Below are positions 53,701 to 64,000 of a stretch of 64,000 bases of DNA, piece by piece (position 1 is the stretch's first letter; every line of letters begins with the position of its first letter). Both the position numbers and the translations under genes were made by a program. The stretch comes from Hypanus sabinus (taxonomy: Eukaryota). The DNA lies in the NCBI RefSeq assembly GCF_030144855.1, contig NC_082714.1:93744001-93808000 (forward strand), written 5' to 3'. Under the pieces are notes generated by a model. The model was not told the DNA's origin and did not search any database. It saw only the letters and a program-made list of their open reading frames with translations.

Positions 53701-53713
53701 TGATACTAAGTGA
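41721..53713 (+). CDS. Non-rearranging VJ-C1 IgSF type I membrane receptor, 6 exons, 290 aa
   Basis: Exons 43+327+291+120+59+33 = 873 nt; all introns GT-AG with compatible phases (1,1,1,1,0); no internal stop. Confidence 0.8.
42457..42783 (+). CDS. Exon 2, V-set domain with germline-joined J
   Basis: QSP, ILNC, INWYKR, GRFSG, YSLEIENVQQSDSGIYFC, FGNGSNLVVS; CTCTCAG acceptor; CAG|GTAACC donor. Confidence 0.95.
43400..45750 (+). mobile_element. Degenerate CR1/SINE fragments in the V-C intron
   Basis: KLYNTLIKPKLES (43514-43780), SGVLQE and LFEIFLNSID (~45130-45355). Confidence 0.65.
46440..46730 (+). CDS. Exon 3, C1-set domain
   Basis: PPTIFLLAP, VTLMCLVRG, SIRWNISG, DPDGGYSVRSRFQIPAESWRSG, CSC; TTCCGCATTCAG acceptor; AAAG|GTATCG donor. 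Confidence 0.93.
48948..49067 (+). CDS. Exon 4, stalk Cys, TM and basic stop-transfer
   Basis: DSLQLQLCHVLSIGLAATLVFLAVGATTVAIRKYRKERKP; TCCTACAG acceptor; CCAG|GTGAGG donor; phase 1-1. Confidence 0.88.
49168..49226 (+). CDS. Exon 5, cytoplasmic VKGETAGKSTTSRRKDRERD
   Basis: TTTCTTTCAATCAG acceptor after a 100-nt intron; GAT|GTAAGT consensus donor; phase 1-0. Confidence 0.8.
49330..49560 (+). mobile_element. Tc1-like transposase remnant
   Basis: Reads ...RLVQADRKVKAT...SISERTMRRNM...YNSR-PHWVP in mixed frames; a similar remnant lies at ~32130-32270. Confidence 0.55.
51617..52480 (-). mobile_element. L1-clade 3' fragment with A-rich tail
   Basis: ORF 51874-52290 CFRCNQEIGTFLHSTWSC knuckle; T-rich tract 51617-51645. 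Confidence 0.85.
53681..53713 (+). CDS. Exon 6, terminal IYAQLAIDTK*
   Basis: CATTCCCTTACAG acceptor; phase 0 matches exon 5; YxxL motif then TGA. An intervening exon cannot be excluded. Confidence 0.65.
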   Translation: MYAQLAIDTK

Positions 53714-55738
53714 TCTGGAAAGGCAGAGTAAATATTATCCTCCGTGAACAACGACAGATTTAGACCTTGTTTGGTATGTGCGGAGCAAGAACAGCAACGG
53801 AGTAGTATGATTAAATGTTTTGAAGTGTTAGTAACGGCACAAGCTGAGCAACTTACAATGCGAGAGAGACAAACCGGACCTGCCGAGACGAAAACTTGCA
53901 CACTCGAAAGAAAGCAGGAGGTCCAATTGATTCACGGCGCCATCGATTGGCCGCATGAGCATTTGTCATATTCCCGGATGTCTCCATCCAAAGCCTCACT
54001 GAGAGCTCCCTCAGTCTCAGACCAATCGGTAATAATGAACAACGGTTAATCTGTACTCCCATCCCTGATTATGTACTGCTTGCTACGATTAAAACTGACC
54101 CTTGTCTTAACTACTGCTTTAATACATTAAAATTTGGCATGAAATTTAGAGATGTTCCCACTAAAGGTACGGAAAGAAATCCTTACTGACAGGAGGTCAA
54201 GAAGGTTCGAGAGTTAAATGCGTGGCTCAAGCATTGGCGTGGGAGAAGTACGTTTGAATTCATGGGGAATTGGCACTCACTTTTCGGGAAGGAATCCGAC
54301 GGGCTCCAGCTGAACCGTGATGAGACATGAATTCTTAGCGAAACGCATAACTAGCGCTGTGGATAGGGTTTTAAACAAATAGTAGGGGTGGGTTCGACAG
54401 ACTGGAGAAGTAAGGTAAACTAAAAAAGAAATATTTGGATAAAGTAAAAGCGAAAAACCAAAAAGAGAAAAGTAGTAGTGGCGTGAAGAAAACTCAAGTG
54501 GAAAAGAGTAAAAGATTACAAGATTTTAAAAGTGCAATGTTTGTAAAGGCACTTTATTTGAATGCCGGTAGTATTCGTAACAAGATCAGTAAACTTTTAC
54601 TCCAAATCAGTATGATTTAGAGGCCATCACAGAAACGTAGTTGCAAGCTGCAGAAGATTAAGGAATTAAATATCCAGGGAAATCAGGTACTACAGAAGGT
54701 TTGGCAGGAAGGTAATGGAGATGGGGTAGCGTTTTTAATTAGAGATGAGATCAGGGTGATAGTGAGAGACGATATAAGATCTAAGGAGTAGAATGTTGAA
54801 TCAATCTGGGCAGAGATTAGGAACATTAGTGGAACAAACAGTCTCTGGTGGGAGTTGTCCATCTGCCGCTGAATAATAACATTACGGTGGCACAGCAATA
54901 AACAAAGAAGTATCTGAGGCATGTAAGAATGGAACCGCAGTTATAATGTGGGACTTTTAACTTGCACATAGATTGGGTGAAATAAGCTGCTAGACGGTGT
55001 CTTGAGGGGAGATTCGTAGAGTGACAGGTGACAGCTTTCTTGAACAGCATGTTACTGAACCTACAATGGAACGTATTATCTTACATCCGGTTCTGTGCAA
55101 GGAGTCAGGTAAAACTTGTGATCCTGTAGTTCAGGGTCCTCTAGGAAAGACTCATCACAGTATGATTGTGTTTGTCAAAGAAATGGAGAGTGCAATAGTT
55201 TGATCTACAACCAGTGTATTATGCCTAAACAAAGGAGACTACAATGGAATGAGGGAGAGTTTGGTTGGTGTAGACTGGGAACACAGGCTATATGGTGAGA
55301 GGGTTCAGGAACAGTGGAAGATTTTCAAAGAAAGTTTTCACGGCACTCGACAAATGTATATTCCAGTTAAAGGCAAGGACAGTAAGGGCGGGGAGAGTCT
55401 TGAATGAGTCAGAAAATAAAAGAAGGCATTAGACTAAATATTCGTATGTACAACGTCGCCTAGAGTAGGGGAAACACGAAGATAGGGAAGACTTTAACTT
55501 TAGGGAAAACAGCAAAGAACCACTAAGCAAGAATTAAAGGAAGGGAAACACACAATGAAAATATAACCGCACAAAATATAAACCGGATCGCGAAACTTTT
55601 ATAATTATACAAACCGGGAAAGGATGGCTAAGGTGAACGTGGTTCCCTTGGGAGACAAGAAGGGGGAATTGATATTGGATAATAAGGAAATAACTGAGAT
55701 TTTGAAAGACTATTTTGTTTCAGTTTTCACGGTGGACG

Positions 55739-58700
55739 TGTCATGAGGGGCCGGATGGACCCAAACACAGGAGAAAGGCACTGACGTACAAGGGGGAGGA
55801 CAGGATGGGGATGCCATGGCACTTAAGGGTAGCTGGGGTTCAGGCAGATAGAATTTAGGCAGGCGGAGCAGATCGGCTTCCGAAGTTCAGGCAGGCTGAG
55901 CGGAGCAACTCCCGATGTTCGAAGTCCGGTAGGCAGGCTCCAGGGATACAGGCAGGCAAGCAGACAGGTCCCCGGGTTCAGGCAACCAGGTCCTCGGGGT
56001 TCAAGCAGGATGGCAGACATGTCCCCGGTGTTCAGGCAGACAGACATGTCCCCGAGGTTTAGGCAGCCAGTTCCTTGGGGTTCAGGCAGGCAGGTAGATA
56101 GGTCCCCGAGGTTCAGGCAGGCAGACAGACAGATCTAGGTGGCGATAGGCTAGAGGAGAGCCTTCCCTGGGCGGGCCGCATGTATCACGATAGGGGCGCC
56201 TCCCAGGAGGAAACACCTGAGGCCTGAGCATGACGCGGACCCCTAGGCGGTTGCGGGCACTATCCCAGAGTTCGGGCGGAAGAGAAGGAGGGGGCAGAAC
56301 CCCCGCCGGGCCACGGCCCATCGGCCGGAGTCGCCAGACGGAGGCAAGGGATAGGAACAGGCAGAACCGCCGCCGGGCCACGGCGGGTCGGCCGGATCCG
56401 CCCTACGGAGGCAAGGGATAGGAAAGGCAGACCCTCCGCGGTGCCACGTCCCATCGGCCGGAGTCGCCCGACGGAAGCAAGGGATAGGAACAGGCAGAAC
56501 CATTGCCGGGCCCCGGCGCGTCGGCCAAACGTACCCGACAGAGGTAAGGGATAGGAGCAGGCAGAACCACTGCCGGGCCGAAGCAGGTAGGCCAGACGAT
56601 CCCGACAGGGGCAAGGGGTAGGAACGGGCATAGGTCCAGGTCGATCAACACAACAGACATGACAACGGGAAATTCGGAAACGGCCGGCAGACAGCGTGAC
56701 CGCGCGAAAAACAAAACCGAGCGGAGAAGCGGGACAAGCGCATGGGAAGAAAGGTGGGAGAGCGGGCCAACCTGGCAATACTGGTATGGGCAGAGAATCA
56801 TGATGAAGAATAGGTCTGAGACCGGACAGGGTAACAGAATGCAGAGACGACTTCGGAGCCGGCGCAGAAACAGGAAACAGAACAAAAATGAACACTAGTC
56901 TGGTCCCAGTCCCAAGGCCCCTTATAAACACCTGCAGCTCAATGAGTTACAGGTGTGTCTCCTTGAACCGGGAGGGTCCTAACTTGATCACGGGTGACGG
57001 GAGGGACAACTGCTGGACCCGGAGTTCGGAGCCCACGTATCGGATCAAAAGCCGGAACGCGGTTCCGTATCGGACCCTGACTGTTCCCTCCCCCACTTCT
57101 AAGGGAGCCGCCTGGCGACCAAAGCGCGGCTGGAGGGCCAGGGACGGTACGGGTGGGTGGGGGGGGGGTATCCAAAGCAGAGAGGACCCCAGGGTAAAGG
57201 GAAATAGCCTCCAGTGCATGTGCCGCTGGGTCCATGCGTGGGGTGCTCGTTCTGTCATGAGGGGCCGGATGGAACCAAACGCAGGACGCAGGCACTAAAG
57301 TACTAGGGGGAGGACAGGATGGGGTTGACATCGCAATTAAGGGCAGCTGGGGTTCAGGCAGATATTGTTCAGGCAGGCGGAGCGAAGCGGCTCCCAATGT
57401 TCAGGTAGGCGAGCGGAGCGGCTCCCGAAGTTCGAAGTCTGGTAGGCAGGCTCCTGGGAATCAGGCAGGCAAGCAGACAGGTCCTCGGGGTTTAGGCAGG
57501 CAGGTCCTCGGGGTTCAGGCAGGTAGGTCCTCGGGGTTCACGCAGGCTGGCAGATTGATCCCAGGGGTTCAGGCAGGCAGACCGCTCCCCGGAGTTCAAG
57601 CAGGCAACCAGACATGTCCCCGGGTTCAGGCAGGCAGGTAGATAGGTCCCCGGGTTCAGGCAGGCAGGTAGATAGGTCCCCGGGTTCAGGCAGGCAAACA
57701 GGTCCCCGAGGTTCAGGCAGGCAGGTAGATAGGTCCCCGAGGTTCAGGCAGGCAGGTAGATAGGTCCCCGAGGTTCAGGCAGGCAAACAGGTCCCCGGGG
57801 TTCAGGCAGGCAAACACGTCCCCGGGGTTCAGGCAGGCAGGTAGATAGGTCCCCGAGGTTCAGGCAGGCAGGTAGATAGGTCCCCGAGGTTCAGGCAGGC
57901 AAACAGGTCCCCGGGGTTCAGGCAGGCAAACACGTCACCGGGGTTCAGGCAGGCAGGTAGATAGGTCCCCGGGTTCAGGCAGGCAAACAGGTCCCCGGGG
58001 TTCAGGCAGGCAGGTAGATAGGTCCCCGGGTTCAGGCAGGCAAACAGGTCCCCGGGTTCAGGCAGGCAAACACGTCCCCGAGGTTCAGGCAGGCAGGTCC
58101 TCGGGGTTAAGGAAGGCAGGCAGACAGACAGATCTAGGTGGCGATAGGCTAGTGGAGAGCCCTCCCTGGGCGGGCCGCATGTATCACGGGTAGGGGCACC
58201 TCCAAGGCGGAAATACCGGAGGCCTGGGCACGACGGGGACCCCTAGGCGGTTGCAGGCACTCCGCCAGAGTTCGGGCGGAAGAAAAGAAGGGGGCAGAAC
58301 CCCCGCCGGGCTACGGCGGGTCTTCCGGATCCATCCGACGGAGGTAAGGGATAGGAACAGACAGAACACCCGTCGGGCCACGGCCCGTCGTCCGGAGCCG
58401 CCCGACGGAGGCAAGGGATAGGAGCAGGCAGAACCACTGCCGGGCCGAGGCAGGTCGGCCTGACGTGCCGACAGGGGCTAGGGGTAGGAACGGGCATAGG
58501 GCCATGTCGACCAACACAACAGCCATGGCAACGGGAAAGTCGGAAACGGCCGGTAGACAGCGCGACCGCGCGAGAAACAAAACCAAGTGGGGAAGCGGGA
58601 CCAGCGCATGGGAAGAAAGTTGGGAGAGGGAACCAACCTGGAAATGCTGGTACGGGCAGAGAAGCATGATGAAGAATAGGTCTGGTCCCGGGCAGGGTAA

Positions 58701-58946
58701 CAAAATGCAGAGACGAGTTCGGAGCCGGAAGAGAAACAGGAAACAGAACAAAACGACCATCCGTCTGGTCCCAGTCCCAAAGCCCTTTATAAACTCCTGC
58801 AGTTCAATGTGTAACAGGTGTGCCTCCTTGAGCCAGAAGGGTCCTAACTGGATCACGGGTGATGGGAGGGACAACTGCAGGACCCTGAGTCCGGAGCCCC
58901 CGGACCGGATCAAAACCCGAACGCGGTTCCGGATCGGACTTTGACA
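55739..58946 (-). mobile_element. Non-autonomous Gypsy-type LTR element: LTRs 55739-57082 and 57253-58946, 170-bp internal region
   Basis: TGTCA...TGAC(A/T) termini; GGACG/GGAGG 5-bp TSD; internal region has ATGGACCCAGCG (MDPA) next to one LTR and purine tract AGAAGTGGGGGAGGGAAC next to the other. Confidence 0.85.
57622..58080 (+). repeat. Minisatellite of 16 units (26-31 bp) inside one LTR
   Basis: Units A ggttcaggcaggcaggtagataggtccccg, B ...aaacaggtccccg, C ...aaacacgtccccg. Confidence 0.95.
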
Positions 58947-60799
58947 GGAGGACATGTCTAACATGCCAAGAGAGATGATATGGATGCGATGGAAGGTGAG
59001 AACCTGGGTACAATGACTATCACGAAAGAGGTAGTGCAGAGCCAGCTTGCCGGCCTAAACATAGACAAGTCCCCTGGTTCTGATGGAATGCATCTCAGGA
59101 TACTGAAAGAAATGTCAGGGGTTATATTTGAAGGCTTGGTCATATGTTAGCAAAATGTCTGGACTCTGGCAGGTCCCGACGGATTTGACGAAGGCGAATA
59201 TTACTCCATCATTCAAAGGGAATGTAGGCAAAAGGTAGCTAACTATAGGGCAGTTAGTTTAACACCTGTAATTGAGAAAATGCTTGAAGCTATCGTTAAA
59301 GAAGAAATAACGACGCAGCTGGAAAGACGTAGCATGGATTCAGCAAAGGCAGGTCCTGTTTGACAAATTTACTGGAGATCTTTGAGGATATAACAAGCGC
59401 AGTGGATAAAGCGGAACACTTGTATGTTATTTACTTGAATTTCCAGATGGCTTTAGATAAGGTGCCACATCAAAGACTTATCTATAAAATAAGAATGCAT
59501 AGTCTTCGGTGTAATGCATTAGCATGGTTAGAGGATTTCTAAGCCAATAGAATATAAAGATTTGTGATACATGTGCGTTTCTCTGGTTGACAATCAGTGG
59601 TGAGTGGTGTGCCGCAGGGGTCGGTGCTGGGCCTGTAGCTGTTCACGATATACATTAATGATTTGGAAGAGGGGACCGACTGTTTTGTATCTCAGTTTGC
59701 TGATGACACTATACGGATTGGAAAAGAAAATTGTGCAGAGTTAACGGAGAGTCTGCAGAGAGATATAGATAGGTTAAGTGAGTGGGAAAAGGTTTGGTAG
59801 ATGGAGAACAATGTCGGTAAATGTAAGGTTACATACTTTAGAAGGAAAAATGGAAGATCAAATTGCTATTTAAACGGTTAAAAGATTGCAGCGTGATGTT
59901 GTGCAGCAGAACCTGGGAGTGCTTATGCATGAATTGCAAAAGGCTGGTTGCAGGTGCATCAAGTTATCAAAAAGTCAAACGGACTGGAGGTCATTGCTAA
60001 AGCTATTGAATTTAAGAGTAGGGGGGCATATGCTTCAGCTGTATAGCGTACTGGTGTGGCTGCATCTAGAGTATTGTGTGCGGTTCTGGTCTTTCTCGAG
60101 GAAGAATATAAAGGTTCTGGAGGCTGTGCAGAAGATGTTCACCAGGTTGATTTCAGAGATGCGGGGGTTAGACTATGAGGAGAGATTGAATCACCAGGGA
60201 ATGTACTTGCTGGAATTTAGAAGAATAAGAAGAAATCATGTAGAGATATATCGAATTATGAATGGAATAGATAAGATTGAGGCAGGAAAGTTATTTCCAC
60301 TGGAAAGTCTGACTAGAGCTAGAGGACATAGCCTCAAGATTCGCGGGAGTAAATTTAGGACGGATATGTGGAGGAACTACTTTTCCCAGAGTGGTGGATC
60401 TGTGGAATTCTCTGCACATTGAAGCAGTGGAGGCTACCTCAGTAAGTATATTTAAGACAAGTTTGGATAGATTTTTGCATAGTAGGAGAATTAAGAATTG
60501 TGGAGGAAAGGCAGGACTGTAGAGATGAGTTCATGGTCAGATCTGCCATGGTCTTATTGAATGGCGGAGCAGGCTCGACAGGCCAAATGGCGTACTCCTG
60601 CTCCTATTTCATATGTTCTTCAACACGGCACCTAAATTCCTGAACTGTCTGCGCAGGACTAACGAATCCCCTGTTGCCAGATCGTGCTTCTTCCCCCTTT
60701 CCCTTCTGAGCCACAGAGACGGAGCCAGTACCAGAGACCCGACCACAGTAACTTTCTTCTGTTCGCAGTACTCGAAGTGCGGTGCAACCAATATCTTAT

Positions 60800-61640
60800 A
60801 AAGCCCCAGAGTTACGGACTTGCTCCTATATTCCAGTTTTCGCGAAATGAATGCTAACATTGCATCTGCCTTCCTTATTACCGACTCAACCTGCAAATAA
60901 CCTTCAGGGATTTCTACAGGAGGACTCCCAGGGCTCTTTGCTCCTCTGATTTTTAAATTTTCTTCCTATTTAGAAAATAATCTACGCCATTATTCTTTCC
61001 ACCAAATTGTATGATCGTATTCATTCCTACTCTTCATTCTATCTGCAACTTCTTTGTCTATACTCCAGTCCTGTCTATGTTCTTCTGCAGACACCATGCT
61101 TCCTCAACACTACCCGTACCTGCAATTGTCTTTGTATTGTCCGTAAACCTGGCCACAAAGGAATCAGTTCCGTCCACCAAATCGTTGTCATAAAGTGTCA
61201 AGTGAAGCGGTCCCGCCACCGGCCTTTGTGGAACACCATCTGTCTTCGGCAGCTAATCTCTCCATGCTAGTATCTTTCCTGTAATAACATTGGTCTTATT
61301 AAGCAACCTGATGTGCGACACTTTATGAAAGGATTTCTGAAAATCTAAGTAAGTAACACCCATTCACACTCCTCTGTCTCTCTTGCCTGTTATTTCCTCG
61401 AAGATTTCCAACAGACTTGCCCGTCGAGATTTCTGCTAAAGGAAACCATGCCGACGTTGGCTTACTGTATATTGTGATTCCAAATACTTTGAAACCTCAG
61501 TCTTCGTAATGGATTCCAACATCTTCCCAACCACTGATGTCAGGCTTAATAGCCGATAATGTTCTTTCTCCTGCCTCTGAAAGAGTGGACTGCCAGTTAC
61601 AAATTCCCAGTTCCCCGGAACCATTCCTGAATCTAGTGAT
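60800..61640 (-). mobile_element. CR1 RT fragment
   Basis: LLSLTSVVGKMLESI...RRHGF in ORF 61436-61768. Confidence 0.75.
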
Positions 61641-62560
61641 CCTTGAGAGATTATTTCACAGCTACCTGCAATAAACCCACCGATCATCACAGCTACCTGG
61701 CCTTTACCTCTGACCACCATGTTACTTGTAAAAATGCCACGCAGTTGTCTCAATTTCTCAGTCTGCACTGCATGTGCTCGAGTTTGAGTCTTTTCGTTGC
61801 AGAACTAACACTTTCTCCTTCCTCAAAGGGATTTTCCTTTCTCCACCATCAATACAGCCCTAACCCGCATCACTTCTATTTCTCGAACGTCTACCCTCAC
61901 CAATCCACCCGCCACCCCATTAGTGAAAGGGTTCTTCATGACTTCACCTGCCACCTCACCAGTCACCGCGTCCAGTATGTAACTCTGAGTAACGACGGCG
62001 ATCTCCAATGGGATCCTACCATCATGCACTTCTCCTGCCGCTACTTTCCGGTTTCCGTGGGGATCGCTCCCTACGCGATTGTCTTGCCAATTCCACCGTC
62101 CTCTCTGATCCCCATCCTGACACTTATCCTTGCAAGCGTTACAAGTGCTTTACCTGCGCCTATACATCCACCCTCAGTACCATTCAGGCCCCAAGCAGTC
62201 CTTGCAGGTGAGGCGGCAGTTCACCTGTGTTCCCGGTTTGGCCTCCTGAATATTGGTGAGACCTGACGTAGATTGGGAGATGGCTTCACCGACCACGTAC
62301 ACTCTACCCGCCCGAAAAAGTGGGATCTCCCGGAGGTCACCCCTTTTATTACTACTTCACATTCAGTTTCTGACATGTGAGTCTATATCCTCCCCTGCTA
62401 TCGCGTTGAAGCTACATTCAGGTTGGAGGAGCAACTCCTGATATTCCATCTTGGTAACCTCCAACCCGATGTAATGAACATTGGTTTCCTGAACTTTCGG
62501 TAATTGCTACCTGCTTTCCTTCACCGTTCCCCATTCTCATTTCCCACTCTCAGCATAACT
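61640..62560 (+). mobile_element. Penelope-like element fragment (RT C-terminus plus GIY-YIG)
   Basis: KPTDHHSYLAFTSDHHVTCKNA..SQFLSL..MCS; GPKQSLQVRRQFTC; IGET. Confidence 0.75.
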
Positions 62561-63087
62561 CCACACGTGCCCATGACCTCCTTCTAGTACTCCTCCCCCT
62601 TCCCTTTCTTCGTGGAGTTTTGCCCCCTCCTATCAGATTACCCCTTCTCTAGCTCTTTATCTCTTTCACCGATCGAATTCCCAGCTCTCTGCTTCACCTC
62701 CTTTCCTCTACAGGTTCACCTATCACGTAGTAGCTTCTATTTCTTCCTCCTCGAGCCCTAGCTCTTACTCTGGCCTCATCTGTTTTCTGTAGTCCTGATG
62801 AAGGGTCTCTGCTAGAAATATCGATTGTTTACTCTTTTCCATTGATTCTGATTGTCCTGCGGAGTTCCAACAGTATTCAGTGAACGTTACTTATGTCATA
62901 ACGTTTTCAGCTGCTCATTTACAACCCTGAGGTGTATCATTATGCTCCAGATGACTTAAACTACCCTCAGACCTTTCAGTTCCCAAGCTTCGTAATAGCA
63001 ACTATACTCATTTCTGACACTCTGAAACATCTGTCCATACTGCTTGTGTTTTCCATAGTGATGACTGATGGAAAGCAGATTAATTTA

Positions 63088-63962
63088 TGTTACGTACTCG
63101 TGACACAAGACAGTGGTACTCTTGTCACGTGACTGGGGTTGAAGCTATACTGGATTTGAGGTAATAGTCTTGTGATGGTGGAGTGATGTCATTTTTCCGC
63201 CAGTACAGATCATGTGACTGTGCTTTTTTACAGGTTATAAAAGGAAGACCCCACCCTGTGGGGGGGGGGGGCAGTTCGTGGCTGGATTTGCCATGTTGAC
63301 TTCATGCCACTGCGTGATTTAATGTGATGACGCAGTTTAGTTGAAGGATGAAGTTTTTATATAATGCCTAAAGTTTAAAAGGTCATTGCCAGCAGTTTCT
63401 ATACAATCCTGCTAGTTGAGAATCAGTGGAGAGTGAAGATCGGAGTTCGGGAGTTAAAGATCAAGGAGAATCGATTTCCGACGGGGAAACGGGTTCGACC
63501 GTGTTTAATCCTTATTCGGAAGGATTTCGTTGACTGTTCTCGTGTTAATCTCTGCGGAATAGCTGAAAAGATTGAGGACAGTGATAAAGGAAAGGTCAGT
63601 GCCTTTAAGCCGTTACGTTTCGTAAATTCTTCGTGGGAAAAAGTTCGACTTCGGGGACTGAAGCAAAGCGACGTGAAAGAGAATTTAAATCGTCTTAAAA
63701 AGTCTCTCCCTTAAATGGACTGTGAGCAATTCGAACTTTTGGCAATACTACTTTAAAGAACTGTTTTTGCAACATAGCTTTCAGAACTGTTTGAGCCGCA
63801 TCGCTTTAAGAACTGTTTAAGCTGCCGCACAACAGCTGATTTCCGGTTACGTTAGTGTTTGTTTACTTTTGGGGGGTTTGTTTCCAGTATTTAATAAACG
63901 TGTTATTTGTTATATAACCCCTTGCCTAACTCATATATTTATTGTTGCCTGACTACGTAACA
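63088..63962 (+). mobile_element. Solo LTR
   Basis: Perfect terminal inverted TGTTACGTA...TACGTAACA; internal AATAAA; related to 18189-19067. Confidence 0.8.
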
Positions 63963-64000
63963 TTTTGTTTGCTGTTTCTTAGTTCCCCCATTATTACTTA

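Larger units (their letters stand above)
54100..60610 (+). mobile_element. Long degenerate CR1 LINE, split by an LTR insertion
   Basis: Esterase remnant (~54200), ALYLNAGSIRNK (54540), RT motifs 59200-59720, C-terminus 59886-60422, 3' tail ~60600. Confidence 0.85.

Noticed and set aside
57622-58080. Regular repeats superficially like a CRISPR array
   Set aside because: No unique spacers; contiguous tandem units in a eukaryotic LTR.
56082-58964. Many 100-220 aa GC-rich ORFs on both strands
   Set aside because: By-products of repetitive LTR sequence; no domain motifs.

Overview
Repeat-dense vertebrate genomic DNA. The CR1/HER1-type LINE content suggests a cartilaginous fish, probably a ray (inference). 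One 156-N assembly gap lies at 26433-26588. Among CR1, L1, R4-like, Penelope, Tc1 and Gypsy/LTR repeats is a small cluster of non-rearranging, antigen-receptor-like IgSF genes. One + strand gene appears intact with six exons: leader 41721-41763, germline-joined VJ 42457-42783, C1 46440-46730, TM 48948-49067, cytoplasmic 49168-49226 and 53681-53713. That gives 873 nt, 290 aa, ending in YAQL. A - strand V-C1-TM pseudogene (26231 to ~24970) has a TM with R-x4-E spacing like the TCR alpha/delta R-x4-K. A second + strand leader-V pseudogene lies at 7224-8730, and weak V-like remnants lie on the - strand at ~1.6-1.8 kb and ~38.2-38.4 kb. Segments ~1.6-8.7 kb and ~38.2-42.8 kb are an old colinear duplication, suggesting a head-to-head module and possibly activating/inhibitory pairing. 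Notable TEs are an internally deleted Gypsy with one intact Gag-RNaseH-integrase ORF nested in an L1, and a non-autonomous LTR element with minisatellite-bearing LTRs nested in a CR1. Gene models were read by eye and need RNA confirmation.
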